Shown here one piece after another: positions 1 through 12,500 of a stretch of DNA of 64,000 nt (the stretch's first letter is position 1; each line of letters begins with the position of its first letter). The translations under genes were made by a program, and so were the position numbers. Location: assembly GCA_050084515.1 (NCBI GenBank), contig CM114271.1, forward strand, positions 49,848,001 to 49,912,000, read 5' to 3'. This stretch comes from Blasia pusilla (taxonomy: Eukaryota). Under the pieces are notes generated by a model that saw only the letters and a program-made list of their open reading frames with translations, did no database searches and was not told where the DNA came from.

Positions 1-2792
1 ACTATCATGCCCGCCAAGAAGGATGTGTATGGCATCTGGACGGATAGGCAGATGTGTGGAGATTACGGATCTATCAATCGGCAGACAAAGTCCAATAGGT
101 ATGCCATGCCCACCCGTGAGGAGATCTTTGATGCGAATGGGCATGCAAAGGTCTTCAGTTCGTTAGATCTTTGAGCCAGATACCATCAACTGCCTATCAG
201 ATTGGAGGACACTCAGAAGACAGAATTTTGGGGCATCAATCCTAACGGGAAGGATTGCTTGTACTAGTGGCGATTCTTACCATTTGGGTAAAAGAATGCC
301 CCTGTTGAGTTTCAGAGGGTTATGGATAGGATGTTGGTAGGTTTGGATTTTGCTAGGTGTTATATTGATGACATAGTAGTCCTTAGCGCCACGGTTGAGA
401 TCCATGAGCGACATGTAGAGTAGGTATTTTAACGATTGCAGTTACATGGGCTGAAGCTACATCCAGGCAAGTGCAAGTTCTTCTACGACCAGATTGAGTA
501 CTTGGATCATACGATATATCCAGGCGGCCTTGGTGTGCAACAGAAGAAGGTAGAGGCTATTTCACGCATTCCACGCCCTACAGATGTGAGTCAAGTTCGT
601 GCATTCATGGGATTGGCAAACTTCTATCGACGGTATAACAAGGGTTTCATTTCGATTGCAAAGCCGCTAACCTTGATGACCAAGCTGGATCAAGAGTGGC
701 ATTGGGGAATGAGCAAGAGCAAGCATTTTAGATGCTCAAGGAAATAATGACGTCCGCTCCCATATTGAGGAGACCAATCACGGGGCGTCCTTTCCAGTTG
801 CATACCGATTGGAGCATGTTGGGGCTTGGAGCCGTGCTCACCGAGCATGACGATGATGGTAGAGAGTTCATGGTGGCTTATGTTAGTCGCTTGAACAACG
901 CTGCAGAGGCAAAATATAGCTCGTATGAGGGTGAGTGCTTGGTTGCAGTATGGGCTGTCGCACATTTCAGATGTTATCTATTCGGCAATCCCTTTACCAT
1001 CATTATTCATCATCAGCCACTTAAGTGGTTGATGGAGTCTGACAAGCTTACAGGGAAGCTTGCGAGGTGGGCTCTTTTGTTGTAGGAGTTTGACTTCTAG
1101 GTGGTGCATAGACTTGGGACGCTCAACCATAATGCACATGGTTTGAGCCGTAATCCATGCCCGAGTCAGCGAGATGCAACTGGAGCTCGTTGGCATGGTG
1201 AGAGTGATGAGGAGTTGGTGCCAGGATGGCATGCGTCAACCTATTTGGGCTTGTTGGCTATGAAGAGCCAGATTGCTGAGACTTCCATGGCGAGTTTTGA
1301 TAGAGAGTCCTTAGATCTAGAAGCCGGTGAGGAGATGACAGGTGGCCAAGATATTCACGATGATGGAGTGGTCTTGGAGTACGTGCATAGTGGCAACGTC
1401 GCAAGCACAGTGGGTGCTAGAGAGCGGGATCGAATCCTATAGCGAGCCAGACGATTCCAATGGGAGGAGACACATATGTTGCGAGTGTGGAAGGATGGTA
1501 GAGTGCATGTAGTGCCTCATCCTTTGTAGAGAGCACGTTTGGTGCGTCATGCCCATGAGGAGTTGGGTCATTTTGGAATGAAGCGGACGTATAGCTTGCT
1601 CCAGATTCAGTATTGGTGGCGAGGCATGCAGACTGACGTTCAACAATTTGTTGCCAAATGCATGGTGTGTGATCGAGTCAAAGTATCGTTCAATGCTCCG
1701 ACTCCAGAGTTGTATCCATTTTCGATCATGGATTTACGTTATAGATGGATTTTGGATTTTGCAGGACCTTTGCCTTAAACGGAGCGCCATAGTCGTTAAA
1801 TGTTGGTGATGGTTGAGCACTTCTCGAAGTGGATAGAGTTGGTTGCATTGACTGACAAAGCGAGTGAGGGAGTAGCGTATACCTTCCTAGATTGGGTGCT
1901 GAGTCATTACGACGCACCAGCTGAAGTGTTGACATACCAGGGTATAGAGTTCCGCGGGGAGTTTCAGGCCTTGTGTGATCAGGCACTAATCGACCACCTC
2001 ACTACTTTGCGAGATCATCTTGAGGTAGATGGACTAGCAGAGTGGGTTGTGCAAATCGTGAAGAGAGGACTATGCAAGTATGGCTTGTAGAGAGGTCACC
2101 TACGAGATTGGGACCTCTAGTTGCTGTGGTTGGTGATTGGATATAGATTCAGTAGGCATGCATCCTTAGCGTCTTTCTCACCGTACTTGCTTTTGTATGG
2201 TCGAGAGCCAAATTGACCTGCGGCCATTCGTCGAGATGTTGGTGCGGTGTTGAACCTTGATGACCCTAATGTATGGATGCGAGTATGTTCTCAGAGGGCT
2301 GAGTTGTTTCAGAGAGTGATGCCCACGGCGTTTGAGACCTTGGCGATTGCGCAACATCGGAATACATTGAGGTATGTGACTATTCGAGGAGGTGGTTATC
2401 GATCAACCATCCGGAGTTTTCATCAAAGAGACTATGCCTACTTGCAACAGTGGGCATCCACGACCTTGGATGTGACTGCAAGACGCACTATCTTGAGAGT
2501 GCATGAGGTTTTGCCATCCGCTGTTCTCTTATTGGAGGGACGCGATGGTATCGTTTGGAAGGACCACGTGCGTAACTGTGCGCCATGTCATCTTCTGAAA
2601 ATTAACGATATAGTTGATTCGAGCTTAGCAGTAGTTCTTGCCGGCTTGTGGTGTATGTTATGTGGTTCCTCCCGTGGTGCAGCCACTATGCTAGTCTATG
2701 ATGGATATTCGAGAGGATGGCATATGGCATGTTTGACGCCACCTCTCATTAGGGTTCTTTAGGGACGATGGATGTATCCCACATGTACATAG
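1..2792 (+). pseudogene. Gypsy pol (RT-RNaseH-INT-PHD), disrupted by stops and frameshifts
   Basis: ORF fragments 436-747, 732-1085, 1101-1442, 1539-1778, 1800-2090 and 2247-2762 are collinear with the copy at 46057-48850. Confidence 0.93.
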
Positions 2793-3745
2793 TGTAGGTA
2801 GTTCTACATTCCAACTTGTGTCTATGACATGGATGACAAGAATGCGACTAACGATGGGGCCACATGAGCACGCGGCCTTCTTGCTCTTAGCGTTTGAGAG
2901 ATGTATGTCATAGTAGGTAGGGATAGATAGCTATCTGGATTTAGAGGGACCTAACCACCAACTAGGGGAGCGATTGGAGATATTTTGGTACTTCTTGTCT
3001 TGTTGTTTGGATGCCATGAGTTAGCATGGGATCGTGCGTGTTTGTGTGTGTGTTCGGTGACAACGATGTATGTTGTGTAGGGATGTATATACGCACGACA
3101 AGTGTCACGCCTTTTAGGATAGATCGGTGAGATCTAGTAGAGCGCCTTCTTGAGTAGTGGAGAACATGCTTAAGAGGTCGAGGATGACCTATTGAGGCCT
3201 TGGAAAACCTGAGAGAGCAGATTTCCCCTTCATTTCGGCTTATTTGGAGCCATATTGAGTAACTTACTATTTTAGGTAATTGCCATTTTGAATATATGAT
3301 CTACTTTTTATTTTTGGTATATGACGCTTGACCTCCTACATCAGGTCAAGAGCCAAGGAGGTGACTTGAGAGCATTGGTTACCATGGAGAGAGTTTGGGG
3401 GAGGGGAGGGGTATACCTCAAGGAGAGAGAGAGTTTGAGAGCTCATTCTCTCTTTGTTGAACCTCTTGGCACGAGGTGGCAGAGTTATGGTCCCTAGCCT
3501 TGTGAGTGTAACCCAAGCCTCTCATTAGGAGAGTGGTTTTGGTTTGACATTGAGAGAGACATGTGAGAGTGCACATATGTGAGAAATATGGTGTTGTGAG
3601 AGAGATTGGATCTTATTTTATTGGAGCTATTTTGGTACTTCTTGTCTCATTGTTTGGATGCCATGAGTTAGCATGGGATCGTGCGTATTTGTGTGTGTTT
3701 GGTGACAGCAATGTATGTTGTGTAGCGATGTGTATGCGCACGACA
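1..3745 (+). mobile_element. Ty3/gypsy retrotransposon copy 1 (PHD-integrase group), 5' part outside the window; ends PPT-B1-ag-A2-B2
   Basis: Decayed RT (CYIDDIV, 358-378), RNase H (FQLHTDWS, YEGECL), integrase (HAHEELGHFG..CMVC, WILDFAGPL) and PHD remnant to stop 2790-2792. Purine tract AGGGGAGCG 2964-2972; B1 2973-3100; spacer AG; A2 3103-3619 starting TGTCA; B2 3620-3745 ending CGACA. Confidence 0.93.
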
Positions 3746-3746
3746 A

Positions 3747-4078
3747 GGAGTTCTGGGAGGACATGGTGTATTTTCCAAGTATCCGATTGCATGGCATTGG
3801 ACTTGCTTGAAGGAAGCGATGAACAAGGGTTATGCATATGATAGGATTATTTATGACCATGCTGTATATGGCGAGGATAGGTGGTGGTCTTATTACCAAC
3901 ACCACAAAGTTGATCCCACACTTTAGACTCCTTTGAGAGACCATATTTCATGGATTTTATTTTCAGGTGGTGAGATGGATTCATTGTGTCTTAACAAAAT
4001 CTTGTGGCGTTTTGGTGGAGTTTGCAGGATAGCCACTTCTGATACAAAGAGGGTTGAGCCTCTTTGAATACTAGGCAG
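3747..4078 (+). pseudogene. Possible plant mobile domain (PMD, aminotransferase-like) fragment, bounded on the left by gypsy copy 1
   Basis: Manual translation from 3747: GVLGGHGVFSKYPIAWHW...DRWWSYY...SWILFSGGEMDSLCLNKILWRFGGVCRI with two stops. It resembles the PMD C-terminal pattern P-x-A-x-x-W...W-x-P-Y...RVLRQFG. Matched by eye only. Confidence 0.45.
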
Positions 4079-4857
4079 GTAGTATGACTTCATACACAGA
4101 CTCATCGTTTCCTATCTTTTGATTTTGAAAATGACACTCATATCCTTTGGATCAAAGGCCAAAATTGCAAAACTCAATATTTATATCAAGTCAAGTTTGA
4201 AATTTGTCCATTCAACACTTTTTGGAGCACAAAATAATCATTATGGTAGTTGCTAAAACATTTTAGTGAATTTTCTCTTGATTAGGATGTGTCTGTCTGT
4301 AGGTGGAATATTGTATTCATTCATCATTTTTTTCCATCTCCAATAATGAAACTATACCTTACAAGCTAGGTAGCCCATCACCATAAACCATTGCCATGGC
4401 AATAGTCAAATTCATATTGTCAACCTTTCACCACTCCCAAGTGGTTGTGATCAATTGTATCCTTATAAGAAATCATATAAGATCATTTTTTTACAAGGAT
4501 GCTTAATATCTACCCTCATATAATCCATACCCTACTCGGCCCACAACCTTATGGGCCCATTATTACTATACCTTGGCTTGGAAAAAATTGTAGAGTGGTT
4601 AAATGTATTTGGTTTCATACATTATTGATGTATGTTGTGAACCATCTAGCTAATGGAGTCTACTTAATGGGTGACAGATGCAAAGGAGTTAAAATAGTTG
4701 GTCAAAACGATACTGGTGAAAAAACTATATTTCAGGTACTTGACAAGCCCTTCGCACTCTCCCTCTCTTCAATTGTGATTTTCTCACGTCTACAGTAGTA
4801 TATTTAGGCATACATGAATTTTAGGAAAGTTGTATGGTTGTTACATGTTAGGTCTGA

Positions 4858-7800
4858 TTGGAGTCTATTGTCTTGTTGTTATTTGTATTGGATATCCAAA
4901 TAGATATTATCATGAAACCACAAATGATCTCCCAAGGTCGATTGCCTTTTGGTCATCCACATCCAGTCTTAGCACACGATTTCAAATTATGGCAAAGAGA
5001 GCAGGTTTTGGCCCGCAAATTGGGGATTAAGATAGTGAGATGCCCTTGTAATCAATGCAAAGGGGGGACTTATCTATCTCTTCATAGAGTAGAAGAGCAT
5101 CTGAAAACGTTTGAACGCTTCCATCTTTTTTGCATCCCAAAGAGTAGACACAAGTGGGATTCCTCTGACGAGGAGTGGTCAATTCAAGATCAAGAGTCCT
5201 TCAAGGACCAAGCTGAAAAAATCATACACGAAGCCCATCGTGATCTTGACCCTAATTTGCCAAATGACACAACCCAGAGGCAACACTTGGATGTTGATAT
5301 TGATGTTCAAAAAATGTTGAGTGATATGTTTATGCAATATGATCACCTCCATAATGATAAGGATCATGAGGTAGGGGTTGAAGATAGTGGGAATGATCCG
5401 ATGGATAACAAAAATAATGTAGACATTGGAATTGATGATAATCAATTTCCAGAGCTTGCACAAGCATGCAACCCACTTTTTCCAAGGGAAAAGACATCCA
5501 TTTTAGCTTTTGTGATGTTGCTTTTCAATGTTTCTGCTACCCATAACTTACCAAACATTGCTCTTGATGAGATGTTGAAGCTGCTTGGTAAACTTGTTAT
5601 TCCAATAGATAACCATGTTCCTCCTAGTTACTACGCAGCCAAGAAGCTTATAGGAAAGTTTGGATTGAGTTATGATTCATATCATGCATATCCCATGGGA
5701 TGTGTGTTGTTCCGTGGGTATGTGAAAGATTCAACGATCTGCCCAAAGTGCCAAAAATATCGGTTTAAGCAAGTTGGGAAGTCATAAGTACCCTGCAAGG
5801 TTCTTCGCCATTTTCCCATCATCCCAAGGATGCTACGAATATTCAGATGTTTGACATTGTCTGAATTGTTGGTTTGGGCAGCAAGTAACAAGAGTAAAGA
5901 TGGGCTGGTTAGACATGCAGGTGATAGCAAAGTATGGGCTCATGTAGATCAAACTTACCCAGAGTTTAGTCAAGAATTGAGAAATTGTAGATGTGGGCTA
6001 GCTCTTGATGGGGTGAATCCATTCTCGGATAAATCCACTTCCTAGTCAACATGACCAGTATTGTTGGTAAATTATAACTTGCCTCCTTTGTTGCAAACAA
6101 AAAAATTCTTTGTTATGCTTGCACTCCTTATACCTGGTGAGGAGAGTGTAAACGTTGGTAACATTAACACTTATTTTGCCCCATTAGTGGAGGAATTTGA
6201 GGAGCTGTGGAGGGGAGTGGTGCTCCAAGATGTTCGAAGACCTTGTGGGCAGTGGGAGTTTACTTTTAAGGCGATGATTCTTTGGACTATCAATGACTAT
6301 CTTGCATTAGGTACAATCTCAAGGCAAATCCATGGTGGGAAGCTTGTGTGTACCACATGCGGGCCTCATGTAGAATTAGATTTCTCCAAGGAATGTGGCA
6401 AACCCATCTTTGAAGGTCATCGACGATACTTGCCTTGTACACATCCTTGGAGAGGTAGGAAATATGGCATCCATTTTAATGGTAGAGGGGAAACAAGGCC
6501 ACCACCAGAAAGAGTTATAGGTGAGGAGATTCTAGCTTGGGCTGCGGAGAAATTGGAATATGACGAGAGTGGGGGACGAGAAGATGGTCCTTCAGACCCA
6601 TAAAAAAAACAAGAGTCAAGAGGAGAAGTTTGCCTTATTGGCAAGTGTCCTAGAAACTTAAGTTTCCCTCGACCAAAAGTCTTATCAAGATTTGTTTTGG
6701 TTTCAAATTTGTCTTTGACGAGATTCCTTGATAAAAAATCAGCATCTTCTCATTCGCCATACCTTGGATGTCATGCACGTGGAGAAAAAAATTGTTGAGA
6801 ACTTAGTAAAGACAATATTTGGAATTAGAGACACAGTCAAGGTTAGAAGAGACATGGAGGCAAGAAGAGTTCCACCTCATTTGTGGTTGTAGTCGCATCC
6901 GCAAAGAGTATAAGGTCTTGTGAAATCTACTGCAGACTATGAAATGTCTCCTCATGAGTTGATGATAGTTCTTGGTAGAATTCAGGAATTAAAACTGCCC
7001 ACGGGGTATTGTGGTGAGTTGAGGAAGCATGTGGTTAACAAGAAAATGGGAAATATGAAGTCACATGACTACCATGTGTTGATTCATCAAATCCTACCTT
7101 ACTCTCTCCGTAGCCTCATGAAAAAGGAAGTTTGGATGACTATAATGGGGTTAAGTAGGATCTTTAGAAGTATATGTGTCAAAGTCTATGATCCTTCCTA
7201 ACTTGAAAGACTACGTGAGGATACCATTATCACCTTATGTCTATTCGAGATGCATCTTCCTCTTGCCTTCCTTGACGTAATGACCCATTTACTTGTCCAT
7301 TTAACATAGGAACTTGATATTTGTGGGCTAGTGGCTTGTTGTTAGATGTATCCAATAGAGAGAAACATGGGCACAATTATAAAGTACGTCAAGTCTAAAG
7401 CAAGACCAGAGGGTTGCATGTCAGAAGGGTATGTTAAAGATGAAGCCATGGGATATATCACTCAGTATATGAAGAGGTTCAAAGCTATTAGGATGCGTGT
7501 ATGGGATGAAGGCAAGGAAGATGGAGTAATAGGAGAGGAGTTGGAAGGGGCTGGAGTACCCATACTTCTCTCACGCAAGTTGCTACTCCTTGCACATCAC
7601 TACATTCTACATAATACAAAATCAATGGAAGTATGGCATAGGTGAGTGATTGCAGAATTGTTGTTGTGTGAAATTTATTGTTTGTTGTTTGTTTGAATCA
7701 GTAGTAAACTCCATGAGAAATCCTTACTTCATATCTTTCTCTATATCGGGTTTTTTTTCTGCAGGAGGTACAACTTGGAAAAACCCAACTTACCCTTTGA

Positions 7801-8559
7801 AGATTGGATTCACTCAGCTATGATCGCTGAGGCTAAGGGGAAGCCATTACACTTGATCCATTAGCATTTTCCTTTTCCATTCCACCTCAAGTAAAGGTGC
7901 TTTCATACAAAAGTATGAAAGCGTATGGAAACCATTACCGAGTAGAGCGACGGGATGGGGTAAATTCATTTACCACTTTTGATTTTGGCATAGGAGCTTA
8001 CTTTGTGGATGAGAATACAAGTCCATCCAATTGTGAATACTCTTATGTTGGAACCTTGATAGACATAGTCGCTTTTGATTATGGGTTGGTCGATCAACCA
8101 ATAGTGTTGATGAGAGGCAGATGGGTTAGGGCAGATTGGGAGTCCCCTAGAAAATCAACGAGAAGAGATGTTGAAGGCTTCTTGTTAGCCAATCTGAAGT
8201 CTTTCCTATCCAGTTTAGACCAACCCTTTGTTTTTCCATCTCTAGTGAAGCAAGTTTTTTTTGGCGATGCAAGTGAGGGAAGTGGGTGGAAAGTTGTATT
8301 GCGCAAGGAAGCTCACGCACGTCGAGTGTTTGCAGAGGATAGTGAACTGGATCACAGGGATAATGGGGATTATATTGGCTTGCGTGCTCCAATCAGCTTA
8401 CCATAGAGGATTCCTACAGTAAACACACTAGGAGCTATAGAATTGACAAACGAAGAACTAGAAGTAGCACGTAGGGATTTTGCAAATGTAATTCTAGTGC
8501 AGGTTTGTATAGAAGATACCTCATCAAGTGATAAATCTGAACATGAAAGCTTGGACTGA
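4858..8559 (+). pseudogene. CACTA TnpD/TNP2-like transposase pseudogene
   Basis: Motifs RCPCNQC, GLALDGVNPF, VNYNLPP, WTINDY, LPYW|HLLIRHTLDVMHVEK, KSHDYHVL, MYPIER, ARPEGCMSEGY, QPFVFPSLVKQVFF, WKVVL. Probable introns at 6645-6742 and 7642-7764; several in-frame stops. Confidence 0.92.
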
Positions 8560-9556
8560 AGAGTACATAGTTCTGAAGGTTGTTTTAGGTTGTTTCTTTA
8601 TTGATAACCTTGACGATCGGGGCTAGTCTATTTTTTTCCAAAGCAGATTGTGGACATGTGCTTATGGAATCCAAAAGGGAGTTGAGCTGATATAGAAGCA
8701 CTTTTCTCCATTGAAGGTTGTCGTACGCATACATATCGCTACACAACATAAATCGTTGGTCACATCTACACCACACAACACCAATCTTCTCCACACACGG
8801 GTCGATCCACACATGTACAAAAATCAACTCATACATATACATGGAGATCACACAACAAAAATAAAGAGGAGTAAAAACGGCCCACCCGGCCTAAAACTCC
8901 ACTCCTCAATCTACATCGCCATATCGAGCCTCGTCCACCCTGTGTTATCAAGGAATCCGGACGCTAGCACCCTAGTCCTATCTCACACACATACAAGAGA
9001 GGTGCTCCAACGGCCCAACATGAGAAAGATGGCTTAGGACAGCCACCTTCCTCTCTTATATAGGGTTGGGAAGAGCCAAAAGGCTCTTCCCCTAAAAATA
9101 GCCCTCCCCTTGGTAACCTGCGTGCACAGGTTACCAAGGATGGGTGACCTGGTCAACAAGTCACCCGGCTGTAATTAAAAGACCTCAACATGAAAGTTAT
9201 CAGAAATAACGTTCATGACACAATGGACCTATCCTCAACCTCATCCGACACCGTAGGACAAACTTACACTCAAGATAGTCCGCTGGCTCCTACGCCCTAT
9301 CCACGATAGATCTCGGCCTATCGGCTACTCAGATGTGACAGCTGTCGTGCGCATACATATTGCTACACAACATACATCGCTGGTCACATCTACACCACAC
9401 AACACCGATCTTCCCCACACACGGGTCGATCCACACATGTACAAAAATCAACTCATACATATACATGGAGATCACACAACCGCCCCTCTAGCTGGCAGTT
9501 GGATCCCCCAAACTCCAGATAGAAAATATCATATCTCTCTAACATGACCTACTACC

Positions 9557-12500
9557 CTATACACATCTCGGACACATCCATCGTCACGTGGGAACCACAT
9601 CAAGAGGGGAGGTCAGACATGACATATGCCACCCTCGAGAACAACCATCATATACCAACATGGTGGCTGCACCCTTAGCAGATCCGCACAACATAAACCT
9701 CAAGCCTACAAGTACCACTGCCAAGCTCGGATCCACCATCCCATCTACGTTCAAAAGATGACATGGCGCACAATTGCGCACATGATCCTTCCAAACCATA
9801 CCATCCCGTCCCTCCAACATGAGGACTCCGGTCGGTAATATCTTGCGCACACGTAGGATCGTGCGCCCTGCAGTGACATCTAGCGTCGTGGGTGGCGCGT
9901 ATTATAAATACACGTAATCTCTAGGATGAAACCTCATAATCCCTAGACGATAACCTCCTCCACGAATGGTCGCGTACCTCAATGTATCTCTATGTTGGGC
10001 AATAGCTAAGTTCTCAAAGGCCATAGGCATAACTCTACGAAAAACCTCTGCCCTTTGAGAACATGCTTGTACCTAAACATCTGGATCATTAGGATCTAAC
10101 ACCTCCGCCATGTCACGTCGAATCGCTGTAGGTAAATCTGGCTCTCTCCCAAAGAGAAAAAAGTACGGTGAGAATGACGCCAAGGATGTCTGCCGACTAA
10201 AGCGATAACCCATAGCCAACCATGGCAACTGTAGGTCCCACTCCCTCAACTGTCCCCGCTACAAGCCATACTTGCGCAATCCTCTCTTCACCGTCTATAC
10301 CACTCTCTCCGCCAACCCATCCGCCTCAGGATGATCTCTCGACGTGGTACGGTGATCTATCAGCGTCTGATCACACAAGGCCTGAAACTCTCCCTTGAAC
10401 TCGGTACCCTGGTCAGTCAACACCTCCGCCGGTGCACCAAAGTGACTAAGCACACAATCTAGAAACGCATAAGTTGTTCCTTCGCTCGCCTTGTCTGGTA
10501 GTGCCACCAACTCTATCCACTTGGAGAAATGCTCCACCATGACCAACACGTACCTATGATGACGCCCGGTCAATGGCAAAGGTCCCGCAAAGTCTAAACT
10601 CCACTGATAACCAAAACCCATAATCGGAAAAGGATGTAACTGCAGAGTGGGAGCATTGAAGGATGCTCGCACTCTGTCACATACCATATATCTAGCCACA
10701 AACTGCTGTACCCCAATATGCATGGTGCGCCACCAATACTAAACCTAGAGTAAGCTGTAAGTACGCTTTATTCCAAAATGTCCCAACTCCTCATGGGCAT
10801 GTCGCACTACACGTGCTCGCTGGGAAGGATGAGGTTCCATTTGTATCCTACCATCTCCCCATACCCGCAAAATATGAGTCCCCTCCCACCTGAACCTCTT
10901 GGCTCTCTGTAGGATCCGATCCCGCTCCCTAGCACTCACTGTACTTGCTATGACGCCAGTGCGCAAGAACTCCACAACCTCCACGTCATCATGGATATCA
11001 CAACCACCTGTCGCCTCCTCACTAACCTCCGGATCGAAACACTCATCATCCAACCCCACCACTGGAGTCATCACCTGTGACTGACCTGCCATAGTCAACC
11101 AACAAAGATACGCAGATGCATGCCAACCAGGCACCATCTCCTCATCACTCTCTCCGTGCCATCGAGCTCCTCTGTCGTCTCTCTAACTCGGACATGGGTT
11201 ACGACTCAACCCATCCGCATCTTGGTTCAGCCGACCTGGCCTATGAACCACCTCAAACTCATACTCCTGTAGTAATAGAGCCCACCTGGCAAGCTTTCCC
11301 GTAAGCTTGTCGGACTCCATCAACCAAACCTCGCTCTTAATCATCTCTTCTCCCGAGTGATAAGTGTGAAAGGGTTGCCGAATAAATAGCACCTGAAATG
11401 TGCCACGGCCCATACTGCAGCCAAACACTCTCCCTCATAGGAGCTGTACTTTGCCTCTGCAATGTTGTTCGATCGGCTCGCATAAGCCACAACGAACTCC
11501 CTCTCCTCGTCATCCCTCTGAGTAAGCACTACTCCTAGACCCAACATGCACCAATCCGTATGTAACTGGAATGGGGACCCCTAACCAATCTCTGTAAAAC
11601 GGGTGAGGACGTCAACCTGTCCTTGAGCTCCTAAAATGCTCGCTCTTGATCATCTCCCCACAACCAAACCTGATCAAGTCTCGTCAACAAAGTCAAAGAC
11701 TTTGCGATCGTACTAAAACCCTTGACATACCGTTGATAGAAGTTCGCCAGTCCAAGAAATGCTCGGACTCGACTCACATCTGTAGGGCGTGGAATCTGCA
11801 CAATAGCCTCTACCTTCGTCTGCTGAACGCCTAACCCACTCGGGTATATGATGTGTCCCAAGTACTCAATCTACTCTTGAAAGAATCTGCACTTGCCTGG
11901 ATGTAACTTCAGTCCATGTAACTGCAATCGCCGAAACACCTCCTCCAAGTGTTGCTCATGCTCCTCAACCGTCGAACTGAAGATAAGAATATCATCCATG
12001 TAACATCGTACAAAATCCAAGCCAGCCAGAATCCTATCCATCACTCTCTAAAACTCTACAGGCGCGTTCTTCAAACCAAATGGTAAGAACCGCCACTGAT
12101 ACAAGCAATCTCTTCCGAATCGATCTATCCCCCAGAAGGTTGTCTTCTCCCTGTCCTCCAATCTGATAGGAAGCTCATGATAGCCAGCACAAAGATCTAA
12201 AATACTGAAGATCTTTGCATGCCCTACCGCATCAAAGACCTCCTCAGGAGTAGGCATGGCGTACCGATCTGACCTCATCTGTTAGTTGATAGGACGGTAA
12301 TCTCCACACATCCGCCTATCCGTCCAATTGCCATACATATCCTTCTTCTCCGGCATGACTGTGGCATATGCATACTCCCTATGTGATAACTCCACAAGTC
12401 CTGCCTCCAACAAGTCCTGACTCCTGCTCTGAATCAAGGCTCGCTCCATATCAGAATACCTAGACCCTTCAGCGTACCTAAGTCTCTCATACTAAAGGCA

